A stretch of DNA of 64,000 bases. It comes from a virus. The stretch lies in IMG/VR virus record IMGVR_UViG_3300029787_000001, positions 64,001 to 128,000 of that record, one strand, 5' to 3'. The translations under genes and the position numbers were made by a program. Below, one piece after another: positions 34,082 to 44,528 of the stretch; positions within the stretch are counted from its first letter, which is position 1, and every line of letters begins with the position of its first letter. The notes beneath the pieces were generated by a model. The model was not told the DNA's origin and searched no databases. It saw only the letters and a list, made by a program, of their open reading frames with translations.

Positions 34082-34336
34082 TTGCCGCGTTATCGCTACA
34101 AATGTGAGGGCTGCGAACAAGAGTTCGTAGCCCTCCACTCGTTCTCGGACCTAAAGGAAAAGTGCGACCTCTGTGGTCATGAGAGCGTTACAAAAATGTT
34201 AGGTAAGCCGATAGTCCTTAGAAAAAAACAAACAAATTCTAATGACACTGGCGACCTTACAAACGATTACATTGAAGCCAATCGTGAGCTTCTAAAAGAA
34301 ATGAAAGAGGAGGCTAGCAATGGACTTTATGATTAG
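34082..34336 (+). CDS. FmdB-family zinc-ribbon protein
   Basis: MPRYRYKCEGCEQEF...CDLCG. Confidence 0.8.
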   Translation: MPRYRYKCEGCEQEFVALHSFSDLKEKCDLCGHESVTKMLGKPIVLRKKQTNSNDTGDLTNDYIEANRELLKEMKEEASNGLYD

Positions 34337-34652
34337 GCTTGAAATGGTGCTTTCACTTATTTTGTTGGTGTCATTCGGCATCAATATTTTACTGTTTGTG
34401 TATTCTCGCAATGTAGCACAAAAGCTTGTCTTAATCTCAGTAGAGATAGATGACATGCGCGCTGCGGCTGCTAGCTTTGCCTCCCACGTCAAGTCTGTCT
34501 ACGAGCTTGAAATGTTCTATGGCGACCAAACCTTGCAAGCACTAATGGATCATGCCCGTTCATTCCGAGAATACATGGACGAGTTTGATTTTATCTACAT
34601 ACCAGAGGAAGAAGACTCAGATGCCGAGACGAAACAAATCGAAGAAATCTAA
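34320..34652 (+). CDS. Membrane-anchored coiled-coil protein
   Basis: N-terminal hydrophobic helix then helical soluble part. Confidence 0.6.
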   Translation: MDFMIRLEMVLSLILLVSFGINILLFVYSRNVAQKLVLISVEIDDMRAAAASFASHVKSVYELEMFYGDQTLQALMDHARSFREYMDEFDFIYIPEEEDSDAETKQIEEI

Positions 34653-35313
34653 TCATTACTTCACCAAACAGCATGAAAACGCAATCATAGAATATTGTTC
34701 TACCGATTGCAACAGACAAAAGACAGAAATCTATGTGAAATTGCTACAACCAGCTTTTGGCGAAATGGTTGATAAAATCGTGTTCACATACAAATTTACA
34801 ACGTTGCCAAACATAGATGTTCTCCGAGAAGAGTGCAAGGTTTGGCTTATGACTATTCTCGACAAGTTTCAGCCCGATAAGGGACATAAGGCGTTTTCCT
34901 ACTTCTCGGTTATAACTAAGAACTGGTTTATTCATAAAGTCAAAAAACAAAAGCGGAAGAGCCAACGTGAGGTGGATTATGACGCCGCCCCCAAGAGATA
35001 CGAGCAAGAATATCTTGCCACAGATCAAACTTGGGTCACAGACCAACTAGAGCGCGAGTTTTGGAAATCATTCTATGAGGACATGAAGACCTGGGAGTTC
35101 AATGACATGCGAGATAATGACGAGCGTGTGTACAAGGCGATCATCGTTCTGTTTGAGAGCAAAGACGACATAGAAATTTTTAACAAAAAAGCTGTTTATC
35201 TCTATTTAAGAGAGATTACTGGTCTCAACACCAAACAGGTTGTGAATTCTTTAAACAAGTTTAGAGAGCATTACAGAGACTTCAAAACAGATTGGGAAGA
35301 CGGCAAGATATGA
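34621..35313 (+). CDS. Phage RNA polymerase sigma factor (T4 gp55-like/sigma70 region 2)
   Basis: YFTK...AIIEY, DKFQPDKG.KAFSYFSVITKNWFI resembles sigma region 2.3-2.4 of phage late sigmas; start at ATG 34621. Confidence 0.7.
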   Translation: MPRRNKSKKSNHYFTKQHENAIIEYCSTDCNRQKTEIYVKLLQPAFGEMVDKIVFTYKFTTLPNIDVLREECKVWLMTILDKFQPDKGHKAFSYFSVITKNWFIHKVKKQKRKSQREVDYDAAPKRYEQEYLATDQTWVTDQLEREFWKSFYEDMKTWEFNDMRDNDERVYKAIIVLFESKDDIEIFNKKAVYLYLREITGLNTKQVVNSLNKFREHYRDFKTDWEDGKI

Positions 35314-35597
35314 ATGATGAATTTGACGACTTGATGGATGAGGCAATTCAGAACATAAGAAACGATCGCGATACCGCGAAAGAGTTTTTGAATGAGCTTG
35401 CTAATCAGATCGCTCAAAACGCAGAAAACAACAGAGCCCTCTCCCCCGTAGCTGCTAAACACATTGAAACGATGCAGCGCTCAAACGAGCAACTGGTGAA
35501 GGTTCTCACCCTCAAGCAAAAGGAGAGAACCAAGGATGTTGGCTTGTCTGAAGAAGACAAAGCCAGCCTCTTTGATATGATTCAAGGAGAGGCATAG
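35310..35597 (+). CDS. Hypothetical helical protein
   Basis: ATGA coupling to sigma gene. Confidence 0.65.
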   Translation: MNDEFDDLMDEAIQNIRNDRDTAKEFLNELANQIAQNAENNRALSPVAAKHIETMQRSNEQLVKVLTLKQKERTKDVGLSEEDKASLFDMIQGEA

Positions 35598-36766
35598 TGG
35601 CTAAGAAGACTTATCTTGACTTCTCCCTCTTTGATGAAGTTGGCGATGCGATGGATCTCTTCGGAAATCTTATTCGCAATTCTTTTGAGTATGATTCATT
35701 CTCTGGGAAAGATGAATTCCCCGCAATCGTATTAACACCACCAGTTCCGATGGATGTAAGCCAGATTGCTGCATTTTTGCCGAAAGAAGACAATGACGAT
35801 TCAGAAGATAAGATTCCCAAGTTCACGTTCAAAGCTAGAATAATTGGACCCAATTCACCACACCAGTTTTTGCCTGATCCTTGTGATCAGCAGGTTTTGA
35901 AGGATCTGAAACAACAACAAAATGCTCAAGACATTTTTGATATGCACACGACCGTTATAGCGATAGGTGCAACAGAAAAACCAAGCCTTGGCGACATTGT
36001 TACAATAAAGCTTGACGGGGGCACCTTTTCTTACAACTTGCAAACAGCTACGTTTGTTAGACTTGTTACTTCTGAGGAAGGAGCCATTAAGAACCTTTTG
36101 GCTTCACAGAAAAACGAGTGCAAAGCTGGACTAGATAGTCTTTTTGGTTCTGGCTTTATGGGCGTCAGCATAGGCGACAACCTAACAGACAGAGGAGTCT
36201 CTTACACCCAACACTTTGACGAAACTGCTCAACGATTGCTGAGACCAGCAGCGGGAACAATTAGAAGTCAATTTGGAATGAGAATACACCCAATAGAAAA
36301 AATACCTAAAGACCATCTTGGGGTTGACATCGCAAATGCGGAAGGCACACCTATTTTGGCTGCCCTTGCAGGCAAAGTTGTTAGTACGAAAACTGGTTGT
36401 AAAAAAGGTGATGGCGGCTGCGGCGACAAAGGCGGCGGTAATGCAATAAGATTGCAACATTCTGACGGCTCTACAACAAGGTATCTTCACCTGCTAGAAG
36501 TGCTTGTGAAAAAGGATCAGCAGGTTAAAAAGGGGCATACAATAGGGCTAATGGGAACTACTGGCGGCAGCACTGGTCCACATTTACATTTTGAATTTAA
36601 AAAAGGTAAGCTCTTGAATCCAGAGTGGCATTTTGAACAAAATTTTGACGATAGCAAAGAAAAGAAAAGAATTGAAAAACAAACTAGTATCCTACAAGCT
36701 GAGAAAACAGAAGTTTCGGAACCGCAAGAAACAGAAGAAGCAACGAAAGAAGGAGAACAGATTTAA
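35597..36766 (+). CDS. Baseplate hub/spike-associated protein with C-terminal M23 peptidase
   Basis: M23 motifs HLGVD (HxxxD), YLHL, GSTGPHLHFE (HxH); N-terminal beta-rich domain; baseplate context. Confidence 0.75.
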   Translation: MAKKTYLDFSLFDEVGDAMDLFGNLIRNSFEYDSFSGKDEFPAIVLTPPVPMDVSQIAAFLPKEDNDDSEDKIPKFTFKARIIGPNSPHQFLPDPCDQQVLKDLKQQQNAQDIFDMHTTVIAIGATEKPSLGDIVTIKLDGGTFSYNLQTATFVRLVTSEEGAIKNLLASQKNECKAGLDSLFGSGFMGVSIGDNLTDRGVSYTQHFDETAQRLLRPAAGTIRSQFGMRIHPIEKIPKDHLGVDIANAEGTPILAALAGKVVSTKTGCKKGDGGCGDKGGGNAIRLQHSDGSTTRYLHLLEVLVKKDQQVKKGHTIGLMGTTGGSTGPHLHFEFKKGKLLNPEWHFEQNFDDSKEKKRIEKQTSILQAEKTEVSEPQETEEATKEGEQI

Positions 36767-37791
36767 TGCCTAGTTCAAAAAAAATAAAGATCTTCAATGA
36801 TGATAAACTTGATAAAAGCAAGAAAAGAATCTTCAAGAGAGCACAGGAGCTAAATGAATCTGTCTTAGGTTTAGATGGCTCAAATCCCACAGCACAGCCT
36901 CTAAATACAAGTGGTGTGTTTGGTGGAGAAACCTATGAGCCAAAGGTAAGGTTTAACTTTGCGCCAAGCGAAAAAGGAATTGATAATGGCAATGCTTACA
37001 TCACATTGGGCAAAGATCGTCCCTCCGGTAAAGCTTCTGGACTTGGTGGTCAAGGCGCAACAGGCGCAAATGCAATTGACATAGTTGTGGGGCGGCTATC
37101 GTCCGCTCTCACGCCCGATGGCACTTATGCAGACAATAGTTTTTCAGCAGACGCTGCTAGAGTCTACATAAGCCAACTTACCAACATAGATTTTAACTTT
37201 GGCATCGATCCGGGTAAGTCTGGCTACATGGAAGGTCGCTCTGGAATTGGAATAAAAGCCGATGGTGTTCGTGTTATTGGTCGAGAGGGTGTAAAAATCG
37301 TCACAGGTCGCTCAAATAATGCCACAGGCTTCGGAATGAAAGGTGAGACCAACTCTCTCGGCGGCAAGATTTCACAACCTGCACCCTTAATTGAATTAAT
37401 CGCGGGAAACAACACAGAGCCGACTTTTGAAATTGGTGGCTTGTTTAACGGTGCCACAAGAATAGACAAAATTCAGGGTGTTGCCATGGGGCAGAACACC
37501 ACTGAGGCATTAAGAGGATTGTCAGACTTGATGACAGACATGTTGAGCTTAGTGAAGATAAAGTTTAATGCCCAGTTTGGATTTAACACAGCATTAAGCT
37601 TGGCAGCTTCATTACCTGCGCCCTTGGCTGGTCCTGCTACTGCTGCCGCATACGCTGTCTATAACGGCGCGCACCTAAAGAGCAATTACAACATGTACCA
37701 ATTATTCATCGATAAAGCTGTTTGGGATGTAAATTATCTACAGCCTTATGGTAAGCGCTACATCGAAAGCAGAAACGTCAAGACAACCTAA
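36766..37791 (+). CDS. Probable baseplate central spike protein (gp5 C-terminal-like)
   Basis: Gly-rich short beta repeats (IDIVVGR, AARVYISQ, GIGIKADGVRVIGREGVKIVTG); position next to hub and gp25. Confidence 0.55.
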   Translation: MPSSKKIKIFNDDKLDKSKKRIFKRAQELNESVLGLDGSNPTAQPLNTSGVFGGETYEPKVRFNFAPSEKGIDNGNAYITLGKDRPSGKASGLGGQGATGANAIDIVVGRLSSALTPDGTYADNSFSADAARVYISQLTNIDFNFGIDPGKSGYMEGRSGIGIKADGVRVIGREGVKIVTGRSNNATGFGMKGETNSLGGKISQPAPLIELIAGNNTEPTFEIGGLFNGATRIDKIQGVAMGQNTTEALRGLSDLMTDMLSLVKIKFNAQFGFNTALSLAASLPAPLAGPATAAAYAVYNGAHLKSNYNMYQLFIDKAVWDVNYLQPYGKRYIESRNVKTT

Positions 37792-37794
37792 TTA
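37788..37794 (+). promoter_or_regulatory. CTANTTA motif (candidate phage late promoter)
   Basis: CTAATTA 17 nt before ATG 37812. Confidence 0.45.
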
Positions 37795-37811
37795 TTGGGA
37801 TAGGAAGATCA

Positions 37812-40800
37812 ATGGCTCAATCAAAATTCTTAAAGCACCAAGACAAAAATGGTGACTTACTTATAGACAAATGCGAGGTAGAACTACCGGGAACGGAAGA
37901 GAAAGTTTGCCTCGATTGTGTTCCCAAACCAAATGCAGTATTGACAGATTGGCGAGGTTTAAGCATAGATACACCACGCTTAAATGAGCGGACTTGCAAC
38001 TATGAAGTGGCTGTCACAACAAGATTCCTAACTACTGGCGGGGAGAATGCCCCAAGCCCAGAAGAAGCTAAGGCAGCTTTAGACGAGAAGTATAAAGACT
38101 ATAGAGATGAAGCCATCAACTCTCTGCTGGACAACTATAGCAAAGATGACGGCATTGGCTCATTTACCATAATGAGAGAAGCCATTGTTTATGAAGATTG
38201 GGATTTAGAGGCAAGACCGAACTCAAGACTCAAGCTTCTTTATTCCGTCCCCTTTGAAATTTTAGAAGGCTTGGAGGAAGCGGACGAAGACAACGAAGAT
38301 GATGTAGAAAACGGTCCTATAAGTGTTTCCTTCCTGGCGTCAGAGCTTGTTCAGATGAACATAAGAGTAAGAAAAGGTCTAAACCTTTACTCTCGTTACG
38401 CCAAAGTTTCGCAAGTGCTTGACGATGAGACTTTAGTCTATGCTGATAACAACAAGCCATTTGACCCAGGAGTCTATGGTGATCTTGGGTTCTCAAGAGC
38501 CTCTCTTATGTCGCGTGTTGTTATTGAACTAGATCAGTTCTTAGTCGCCCGTGGCTATAACCTCCCCAGCGTCGGTGCTGGAATATTTAAAGATAGGGTG
38601 GTCAAGCTAAAGTTTAATTTTACAACCGAGAGAAAATTAAAGAAACTTTCCATTTTTACTGCTGGATGTCGGGAGAAGCCTATCGTCTTTAAAGGACGCA
38701 AGATCTCTGCTCTTAATAGAAAAGAGTCATTCAAAGATAAGACAGCGATGGGTTACCTTGCGAATCTACGCAACATGGACACAGGTTTAACAGCCAGACA
38801 GCCAGATCCTTTTGTAAAGTTTTTAAAAGATTACACATACCCACAGATCGATGTGATTAACTCCACGGTCTTGGTGAACACTCAAGCCCAGCAAACTGCT
38901 GCTTCCTGTGTGGGTGACGCGCTTGCCAATGAGGGCAAACAGATAGGTCAAGACATTCTTGATGAAGTTTTAAACATTGCTGATGTCCTCGCTTACCAGT
39001 TTCACAAGAACATTTGCAAGAGATCAGAAGAAGAGCGCAGAAAAGAAGCAGTTGCCATGGGTGAAAGCTTTGACCCAGACCTACCCATTGACAATTATTT
39101 GCCTGTTGGCAAAAACAATCCGCTTGCTATTATGGCGAAAAACCAAGCCTTCAGGCAGCTTGAGACAAATGATAATGTTTTTGTAAGAATGTGCGGAGAG
39201 ATGCTACAAGGTAAAGAATTAGATCTCTCAATCGATGTTCGTAGCTTGTACAATGGCGTTTTCGATCCGATGAAGATCTGCGGGCTTCTTGACTTTATGA
39301 TCGAAGCAATTCAGTGTCTATTCAAGGGGCTTACGCTTGAGCAGGCGCTAGCAAGAGCAATTCAGGCAGCCCTCAAGGCGATGTCGGTAGAAAACTTTGG
39401 TGTTCTATTCGTTGGTCTTCCGGCTGAAAAGCAAGCAGAGCTAGATGCACTTGTAAAGCAGAAACTGGAATCAGGTAATCTTTTTGGAGAGCAAACCAAC
39501 GCAGAGCTACTTTCAGATGCCACAGCACCATCATCAACTCGCCCCGGAGCAGAAGGTTCCGGCGCCCCATTGTTTGGAGAAATAAACATAGTCTATCCTT
39601 GGGAAGACGAAGATTACATTGATCGCGAAAGAGAAAGGATGGTCCCAGGTCCTTATGAGGGAAGCACTCCGTCAAACAGATTTGTCCAGCCCCCCGGAGG
39701 CTCTGTAATTCGCAGATCATTAGGAAAAGAATACGACAACCCAGAAGCCCTATCTGGTCCGCAGACCCCATTTGCAGATGCAGTTGGAGCAGTTCAAACA
39801 GAAGCTAAACAGAAGCTAAGCCCAGACCAGATAATGGAAGCCTATTTACTGGCTATTATTGAAGTCTACACGGATAATCTACTTGGTCTGGTTGACCTTC
39901 TAAACAAATTCCCAGGCGCAGAAATAATCTCTAAGGTGATAGCCCTATTCGACTGTCCGCGCCCACCGTTATTCACACCAAGCGTAATGGATTTCTTAAA
40001 GGACATTGAGCTTCCTTTCTGTAGAAACATGAATGACATAACGCTCCCGATGATAAATAATCCTTTTGCTGTTCTGAACCTTGACATCCTGAAGCTTTTA
40101 GCAGACGCTGCCAAGATAGCGATTCAGCAGGTGATTGTATCAGTCCTAATAAAGCTCATGATAAAAGTTTGTGAAATTATTGGCAGTGCAATTTGCAAAG
40201 CCCTTGAAGCAGCAGGCTCAATTGTAGCAGGGCTACCAGAAATTCTTACAGGCAGGAACACTGTCAAAGACATTTTACGAGAGTCTATCTGCGGTCCTAC
40301 AGCCGATGAAGATGCATTAGACGATACAGTCGTGGACATGTATTCTCTCCTTGCCGGTGCTGGTCCCGAGATGGCTAATAGAGATCGAGTCTTGGCATTC
40401 AATGAAGCCGTCGCCTCATCAGTCACAAGAAGAGAGTTGATAGAGGCATCTATAGGTGAGCCGTCTGAGTCGTTCTTGTCTCTTGTGGACAACTTGGTAG
40501 AATTTGAATTCCCTGAGTTCCGAGGAGCATTTGCAAACAGAAGCGACATCGGAAATTTCTTTAGAAACTTTGGCAATCTGCTTCCAGCAGAGTTCCGAGA
40601 TCAATCACAGCAATTCTTGGATTCTTTGGATGAAGATGACGAACTGCCAGCAAACCCAAGCCTTTGTGCTTCACCGGAGCAAATAGAAGAGTTTTGTTCT
40701 TTGAGGTCACAGATTCTTGACGGAAGAGCATCACCAGAACAGATTGCCCAACTATGTCGCCCCGGAGCAGAATTTGGAGACATTGCTGACATTATCCAGC

Positions 40801-43800
40801 AAGGAATCCCCAACACACTTTTGGACGCATTGCCGCCGATTGTTTCAGATCCTGGCTGTAGCAACGGTCTGTTCCCTTATGAGACGGAAGAACAGGTCGC
40901 CGTTACAGCAAAAGCGCTAGGCGCTGGAATGGATCAATTGAAGGTTGCCTTCTCTTACGACATGCTTGGCAACGGACCCGGCGAGAGAAATTATGGTTTG
41001 ATGAACATGGCTTTGTCCGACACACTCGGCAGACCCTACACAGCCCACCAGAGAAAAGTCTTCAACGATCCAGGCAGGCAGCAGTACGTTGATTTCCACG
41101 TTGCAGGCGTAGCCCTCGACGAAGACGAAGCCGATGGAATTGTGGACAATTACGCTCTACTGGGGAGGCAAAAAGGCGCCTATCCGGTCTACATCGCGGA
41201 GTGGATGACAGAAAACGGGGCACTTACAACCCCTCCAGAAATCAACAACAGCGTTCAGAGAGATCAAAGAACAGTCAAGTCGTTTGAAGATCTAAAGATA
41301 AAGAAGCGCTCAACCCCACTTGAACTGCCTAATTACGGCTACAGAGTGAATTATGAAGTAGACTATGAGAACGAGCAGGTTACCTTTGTCGAGAAGCAAA
41401 GAAAAGCAGATCCAGACATTAGTGTTGGTTTTGCAAGCAATCCAGATAATGATTTATTTTTTGGCTATGGGCTTGAAATAGGTCTTTATGTTGCAGATCT
41501 TAATAACCAAAGAAACATTCCTGCTGACAACGCAAGACTAAAGGTAACAGAAAAATTTACTATCAAGGGAGAGGGCTTTGACGACTCAGAATTTGATCAA
41601 GTTACATATGAATTCTTGGCGAAAGATAACACGCTTGATGTAGTTTCAGATGATACTTTGAACGAGTATCCAAGGTTTTTGCAATCATTAGACACAGTTG
41701 GCGGTACTTCACCCCCCATAGTCTTGATGTCTGAGATGCTGGGTGTTTCTGACAGTGCGGCAACCTTTTATTGGAATACAACATCGGAAGCACTTTACGA
41801 CCAGATGTTCTCAACTATTATGTCCACAGACAATAAGGCGTTTAACTACGGCGCCGAGTTCGATGACCTAACGGAATCTGACGCAGACTATCTTTATCCG
41901 GGCGAAGATGTGCTCTACTCAGAACGAGAGATAGAAGACGAAGACGGCAGAAGAAGAAAAATAAACAACAAAGATGCCATCCTTGGTCAAAGCAGAGATC
42001 AGCTAAACAATGGCGATAAAGCCAGAGTTATTTATCTTGACCCTGCAACCTTTGGTGGGACTTACTTAAACCCTCCTGTCTATGTGCGCCCCACAAAGAA
42101 TACAGGCTGGCTTGGTCTTGTAGACACATTGTTCCCAGAACTCAGTCCGTGCAAGCCACAGAGAACAGAGGTCATAGACTTCAAGGAAATAGAATCACAG
42201 ATGATGAAGTCTTATTCTGGACTGTCTGAGGATGAGAGGCTGTCAGGAGATCCTGATTGTGTAACAGAAGTTCCGTATAACAGAATTCTAAGTCGCCAAG
42301 GAAAAGCAGGCGTACAGTCTGTTATAAGCGCTGCTTGTAGAATTCATTCAACACTACACTTCATAAAGTCAATCGCAACATTCTCTAAATTCAAGCCAGA
42401 CTTTAACAGCAACTTCAGCGATCTTTACGCATCGTTCATAGTAGAAGAAATGGAGAAGGGGTTCAAAGATGCCCAACAAAGCGAGTTCTTCGAGTTGTTC
42501 AATCCATTCAAAGATGAAGAGTTTTGGTATGCTTTCCTAGAGCAATCGGTCCAAACCTACGGAAGACTATTGGATGAAGGCGAGATTATCGACCCTCCCG
42601 AGGATGTTATCCAGGCTTTGATTAGGCTCAACAACATTCAGGAGCGCTACAACTATCCAGATCGCAAAGATCTGAAAGAAGCAAAGAAAAACGACGAAGT
42701 AACAATCTTCAAGACACTTAAAAACTACCGGAATGAAGACGCCCTAGGTGTCGTAAAAGAAACAGAAGACATAGCTAAGATGGTCCTCAAAGAGTTCGTC
42801 AAGAAAGAACTATCAGAGGTTGCGAATTCTTTTGAGACCTCAATGAAAAGAAATGATTTTATTGATGATTCTTACGCGACCAACATCTATTACTACATTC
42901 TCCACGGCGCCAGTGGCTTAACCGCCGGTAGTCAGCTAAACTTACTTGGGGAACTAAAGGAAGGCGTTGCTGACTCTAGCGATGTACTACAGAGAAACTA
43001 CACCAATGGCGATGAGATGGCGCTTGAAGACGGCACCCCTTACATTGGTTACTACCACACTATGGACGAAGGAGATTTTCAGTCATTCATGACAGGCGAG
43101 AGGCATTCTGAAGATTCAGAAAGCTTGACACTATTTGCTAAAAACATAATTGTAAAAGCAGGAAGCCAAGGGATAGGAACAATAGGCACGGCTAATCCCG
43201 CCGGCACACAGCCATTTGGTATTCGTGCTTACTTAAAGACACCCTCAGGTGATGTAGATCCGTTTAACATCCCAGCATCAATAACTTCACAAGAAGGGAA
43301 CGTTTCAGACGTTTACCCTGGCACCTTGTCGCTTGTTTACGCTGGGCAGAAAACCAGAGATGACGACATGATTGCCCTCTCTGGAGAAGATGCCGGTCGT
43401 CCAGTCGTCGGGCTTCAGGGTGAACTTGGACTTCGCTATGGTCTTGAGTTCTACGCAAATGTTGGCGGCGGAATGAGGACGGTTACGAAGGTGGAAGTAG
43501 ATGTTCTCGATCTCCCTCTATCCAAGTTACAGCCGCTTGAGCCGAGCAGCAAAGAAATGCTTTGCCTAATCAATAACTTGTTGGATGATGACAAGTTTAA
43601 GTTGTTCATGCGTTACTGTTTGCCGCCATCCAAGATTCTATCAACAATCGCTATCTATAATGATCTAACCTTCTTACCGTCCATTGGCGAGAAAGTTGTA
43701 GATGGCGCAAGAAAGAATAGCAAAAAAAATCTCAAGCCGGGTAGACGGGCAGTGCCGAATGATGAGGGTACATCTCTTGACTTTGACCCCGCCTCCTCTC

Positions 43801-44114
43801 TTTCGGGCTGGTATCCCAAGAGCGAACGCCGTGCTTTTACACCATTCGTTTTAACTTGGGATGAGTGGGATCAAGTAACGATGAGAAGAACGAACTCTCA
43901 ACTTAAAAAAATGTTCAAGGAATACTATAACTCCCGTGAATTCGGTTCTACCGAAGAAGGAGACAGAGGAATTGTGGCTACGAACCTAAAGACCTTGAGA
44001 GAAAAGTTTAGACTAGCCCCTGGTAAAAGAATTTTGCCTTGGTGGCGCCGACGCAACTTAAGAAGCAATCCGTTCAATGCTGATGAACAACTGTGTGAAA
44101 ATAACGACGAATAA
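37812..44114 (+). CDS. Giant (2100 aa) hypothetical virion protein
   Basis: Uninterrupted ORF between spike and gp25-like genes; no recognised catalytic motif. Confidence 0.7.
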   Translation: MAQSKFLKHQDKNGDLLIDKCEVELPGTEEKVCLDCVPKPNAVLTDWRGLSIDTPRLNERTCNYEVAVTTRFLTTGGENAPSPEEAKAALDEKYKDYRDEAINSLLDNYSKDDGIGSFTIMREAIVYEDWDLEARPNSRLKLLYSVPFEILEGLEEADEDNEDDVENGPISVSFLASELVQMNIRVRKGLNLYSRYAKVSQVLDDETLVYADNNKPFDPGVYGDLGFSRASLMSRVVIELDQFLVARGYNLPSVGAGIFKDRVVKLKFNFTTERKLKKLSIFTAGCREKPIVFKGRKISALNRKESFKDKTAMGYLANLRNMDTGLTARQPDPFVKFLKDYTYPQIDVINSTVLVNTQAQQTAASCVGDALANEGKQIGQDILDEVLNIADVLAYQFHKNICKRSEEERRKEAVAMGESFDPDLPIDNYLPVGKNNPLAIMAKNQAFRQLETNDNVFVRMCGEMLQGKELDLSIDVRSLYNGVFDPMKICGLLDFMIEAIQCLFKGLTLEQALARAIQAALKAMSVENFGVLFVGLPAEKQAELDALVKQKLESGNLFGEQTNAELLSDATAPSSTRPGAEGSGAPLFGEINIVYPWEDEDYIDRERERMVPGPYEGSTPSNRFVQPPGGSVIRRSLGKEYDNPEALSGPQTPFADAVGAVQTEAKQKLSPDQIMEAYLLAIIEVYTDNLLGLVDLLNKFPGAEIISKVIALFDCPRPPLFTPSVMDFLKDIELPFCRNMNDITLPMINNPFAVLNLDILKLLADAAKIAIQQVIVSVLIKLMIKVCEIIGSAICKALEAAGSIVAGLPEILTGRNTVKDILRESICGPTADEDALDDTVVDMYSLLAGAGPEMANRDRVLAFNEAVASSVTRRELIEASIGEPSESFLSLVDNLVEFEFPEFRGAFANRSDIGNFFRNFGNLLPAEFRDQSQQFLDSLDEDDELPANPSLCASPEQIEEFCSLRSQILDGRASPEQIAQLCRPGAEFGDIADIIQQGIPNTLLDALPPIVSDPGCSNGLFPYETEEQVAVTAKALGAGMDQLKVAFSYDMLGNGPGERNYGLMNMALSDTLGRPYTAHQRKVFNDPGRQQYVDFHVAGVALDEDEADGIVDNYALLGRQKGAYPVYIAEWMTENGALTTPPEINNSVQRDQRTVKSFEDLKIKKRSTPLELPNYGYRVNYEVDYENEQVTFVEKQRKADPDISVGFASNPDNDLFFGYGLEIGLYVADLNNQRNIPADNARLKVTEKFTIKGEGFDDSEFDQVTYEFLAKDNTLDVVSDDTLNEYPRFLQSLDTVGGTSPPIVLMSEMLGVSDSAATFYWNTTSEALYDQMFSTIMSTDNKAFNYGAEFDDLTESDADYLYPGEDVLYSEREIEDEDGRRRKINNKDAILGQSRDQLNNGDKARVIYLDPATFGGTYLNPPVYVRPTKNTGWLGLVDTLFPELSPCKPQRTEVIDFKEIESQMMKSYSGLSEDERLSGDPDCVTEVPYNRILSRQGKAGVQSVISAACRIHSTLHFIKSIATFSKFKPDFNSNFSDLYASFIVEEMEKGFKDAQQSEFFELFNPFKDEEFWYAFLEQSVQTYGRLLDEGEIIDPPEDVIQALIRLNNIQERYNYPDRKDLKEAKKNDEVTIFKTLKNYRNEDALGVVKETEDIAKMVLKEFVKKELSEVANSFETSMKRNDFIDDSYATNIYYYILHGASGLTAGSQLNLLGELKEGVADSSDVLQRNYTNGDEMALEDGTPYIGYYHTMDEGDFQSFMTGERHSEDSESLTLFAKNIIVKAGSQGIGTIGTANPAGTQPFGIRAYLKTPSGDVDPFNIPASITSQEGNVSDVYPGTLSLVYAGQKTRDDDMIALSGEDAGRPVVGLQGELGLRYGLEFYANVGGGMRTVTKVEVDVLDLPLSKLQPLEPSSKEMLCLINNLLDDDKFKLFMRYCLPPSKILSTIAIYNDLTFLPSIGEKVVDGARKNSKKNLKPGRRAVPNDEGTSLDFDPASSLSGWYPKSERRAFTPFVLTWDEWDQVTMRRTNSQLKKMFKEYYNSREFGSTEEGDRGIVATNLKTLREKFRLAPGKRILPWWRRRNLRSNPFNADEQLCENNDE

Positions 44115-44145
44115 CTAAATAGTAATAGAATCTGGAGGGAAATAG

Positions 44146-44514
44146 GTGGCTTCATACGCAGTTAGTTTACCGCTTACGCAAGATACAGCCGATGGCTACA
44201 CGATGATCAAGAGACTAAGGGCTCTTGTAAAGCAAAATATGAAAATGCTTATCTTAACCAACCCAGGCGAAAGAGTGATGGAGCCAGAGTATGGCGTAGG
44301 AATAAGGCAGTTTTTGTTTGAGAACTTCCAGTCTGATGTCTATGAGAGAATAGACAACAAGATAAGAGAACAAGTAGCTCGCTATATGCCTGCTGTTCAA
44401 ATCAGAAAGCTTCAGTTTGCTGGCTCTGATCCAGACACCAACACATTAGGGCTTTACTTGGAGTATTCTATCCCACAAATCGCAACAAGTGATTTGCTGG
44501 AAATCACTATTTAG
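44146..44514 (+). CDS. Baseplate wedge subunit, T4 gp25/GPW-like
   Basis: VKQNMKMLILTNPGERVMEPEYGVGIRQFLFE motif. Confidence 0.9.
   Translation: MASYAVSLPLTQDTADGYTMIKRLRALVKQNMKMLILTNPGERVMEPEYGVGIRQFLFENFQSDVYERIDNKIREQVARYMPAVQIRKLQFAGSDPDTNTLGLYLEYSIPQIATSDLLEITI
44507..44513 (+). promoter_or_regulatory. CTANTTA motif (candidate phage late promoter)
   Basis: CTATTTA 15 nt before ATG 44529, followed by GAGGA RBS. Confidence 0.5.
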
Positions 44515-44528
44515 TGTGAGGAACATTT

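Noticed and set aside
4884-44514. TAG reassignment/readthrough (TAG stops at 5126, 13761, 27543 and 34081 are in frame with the next gene)
   Set aside because: Only 4 of 9 TAG-ending annotated genes are in frame (about 3 expected by chance); PhoH and gp25 end at their natural C-termini; long genes are not broken by TAG
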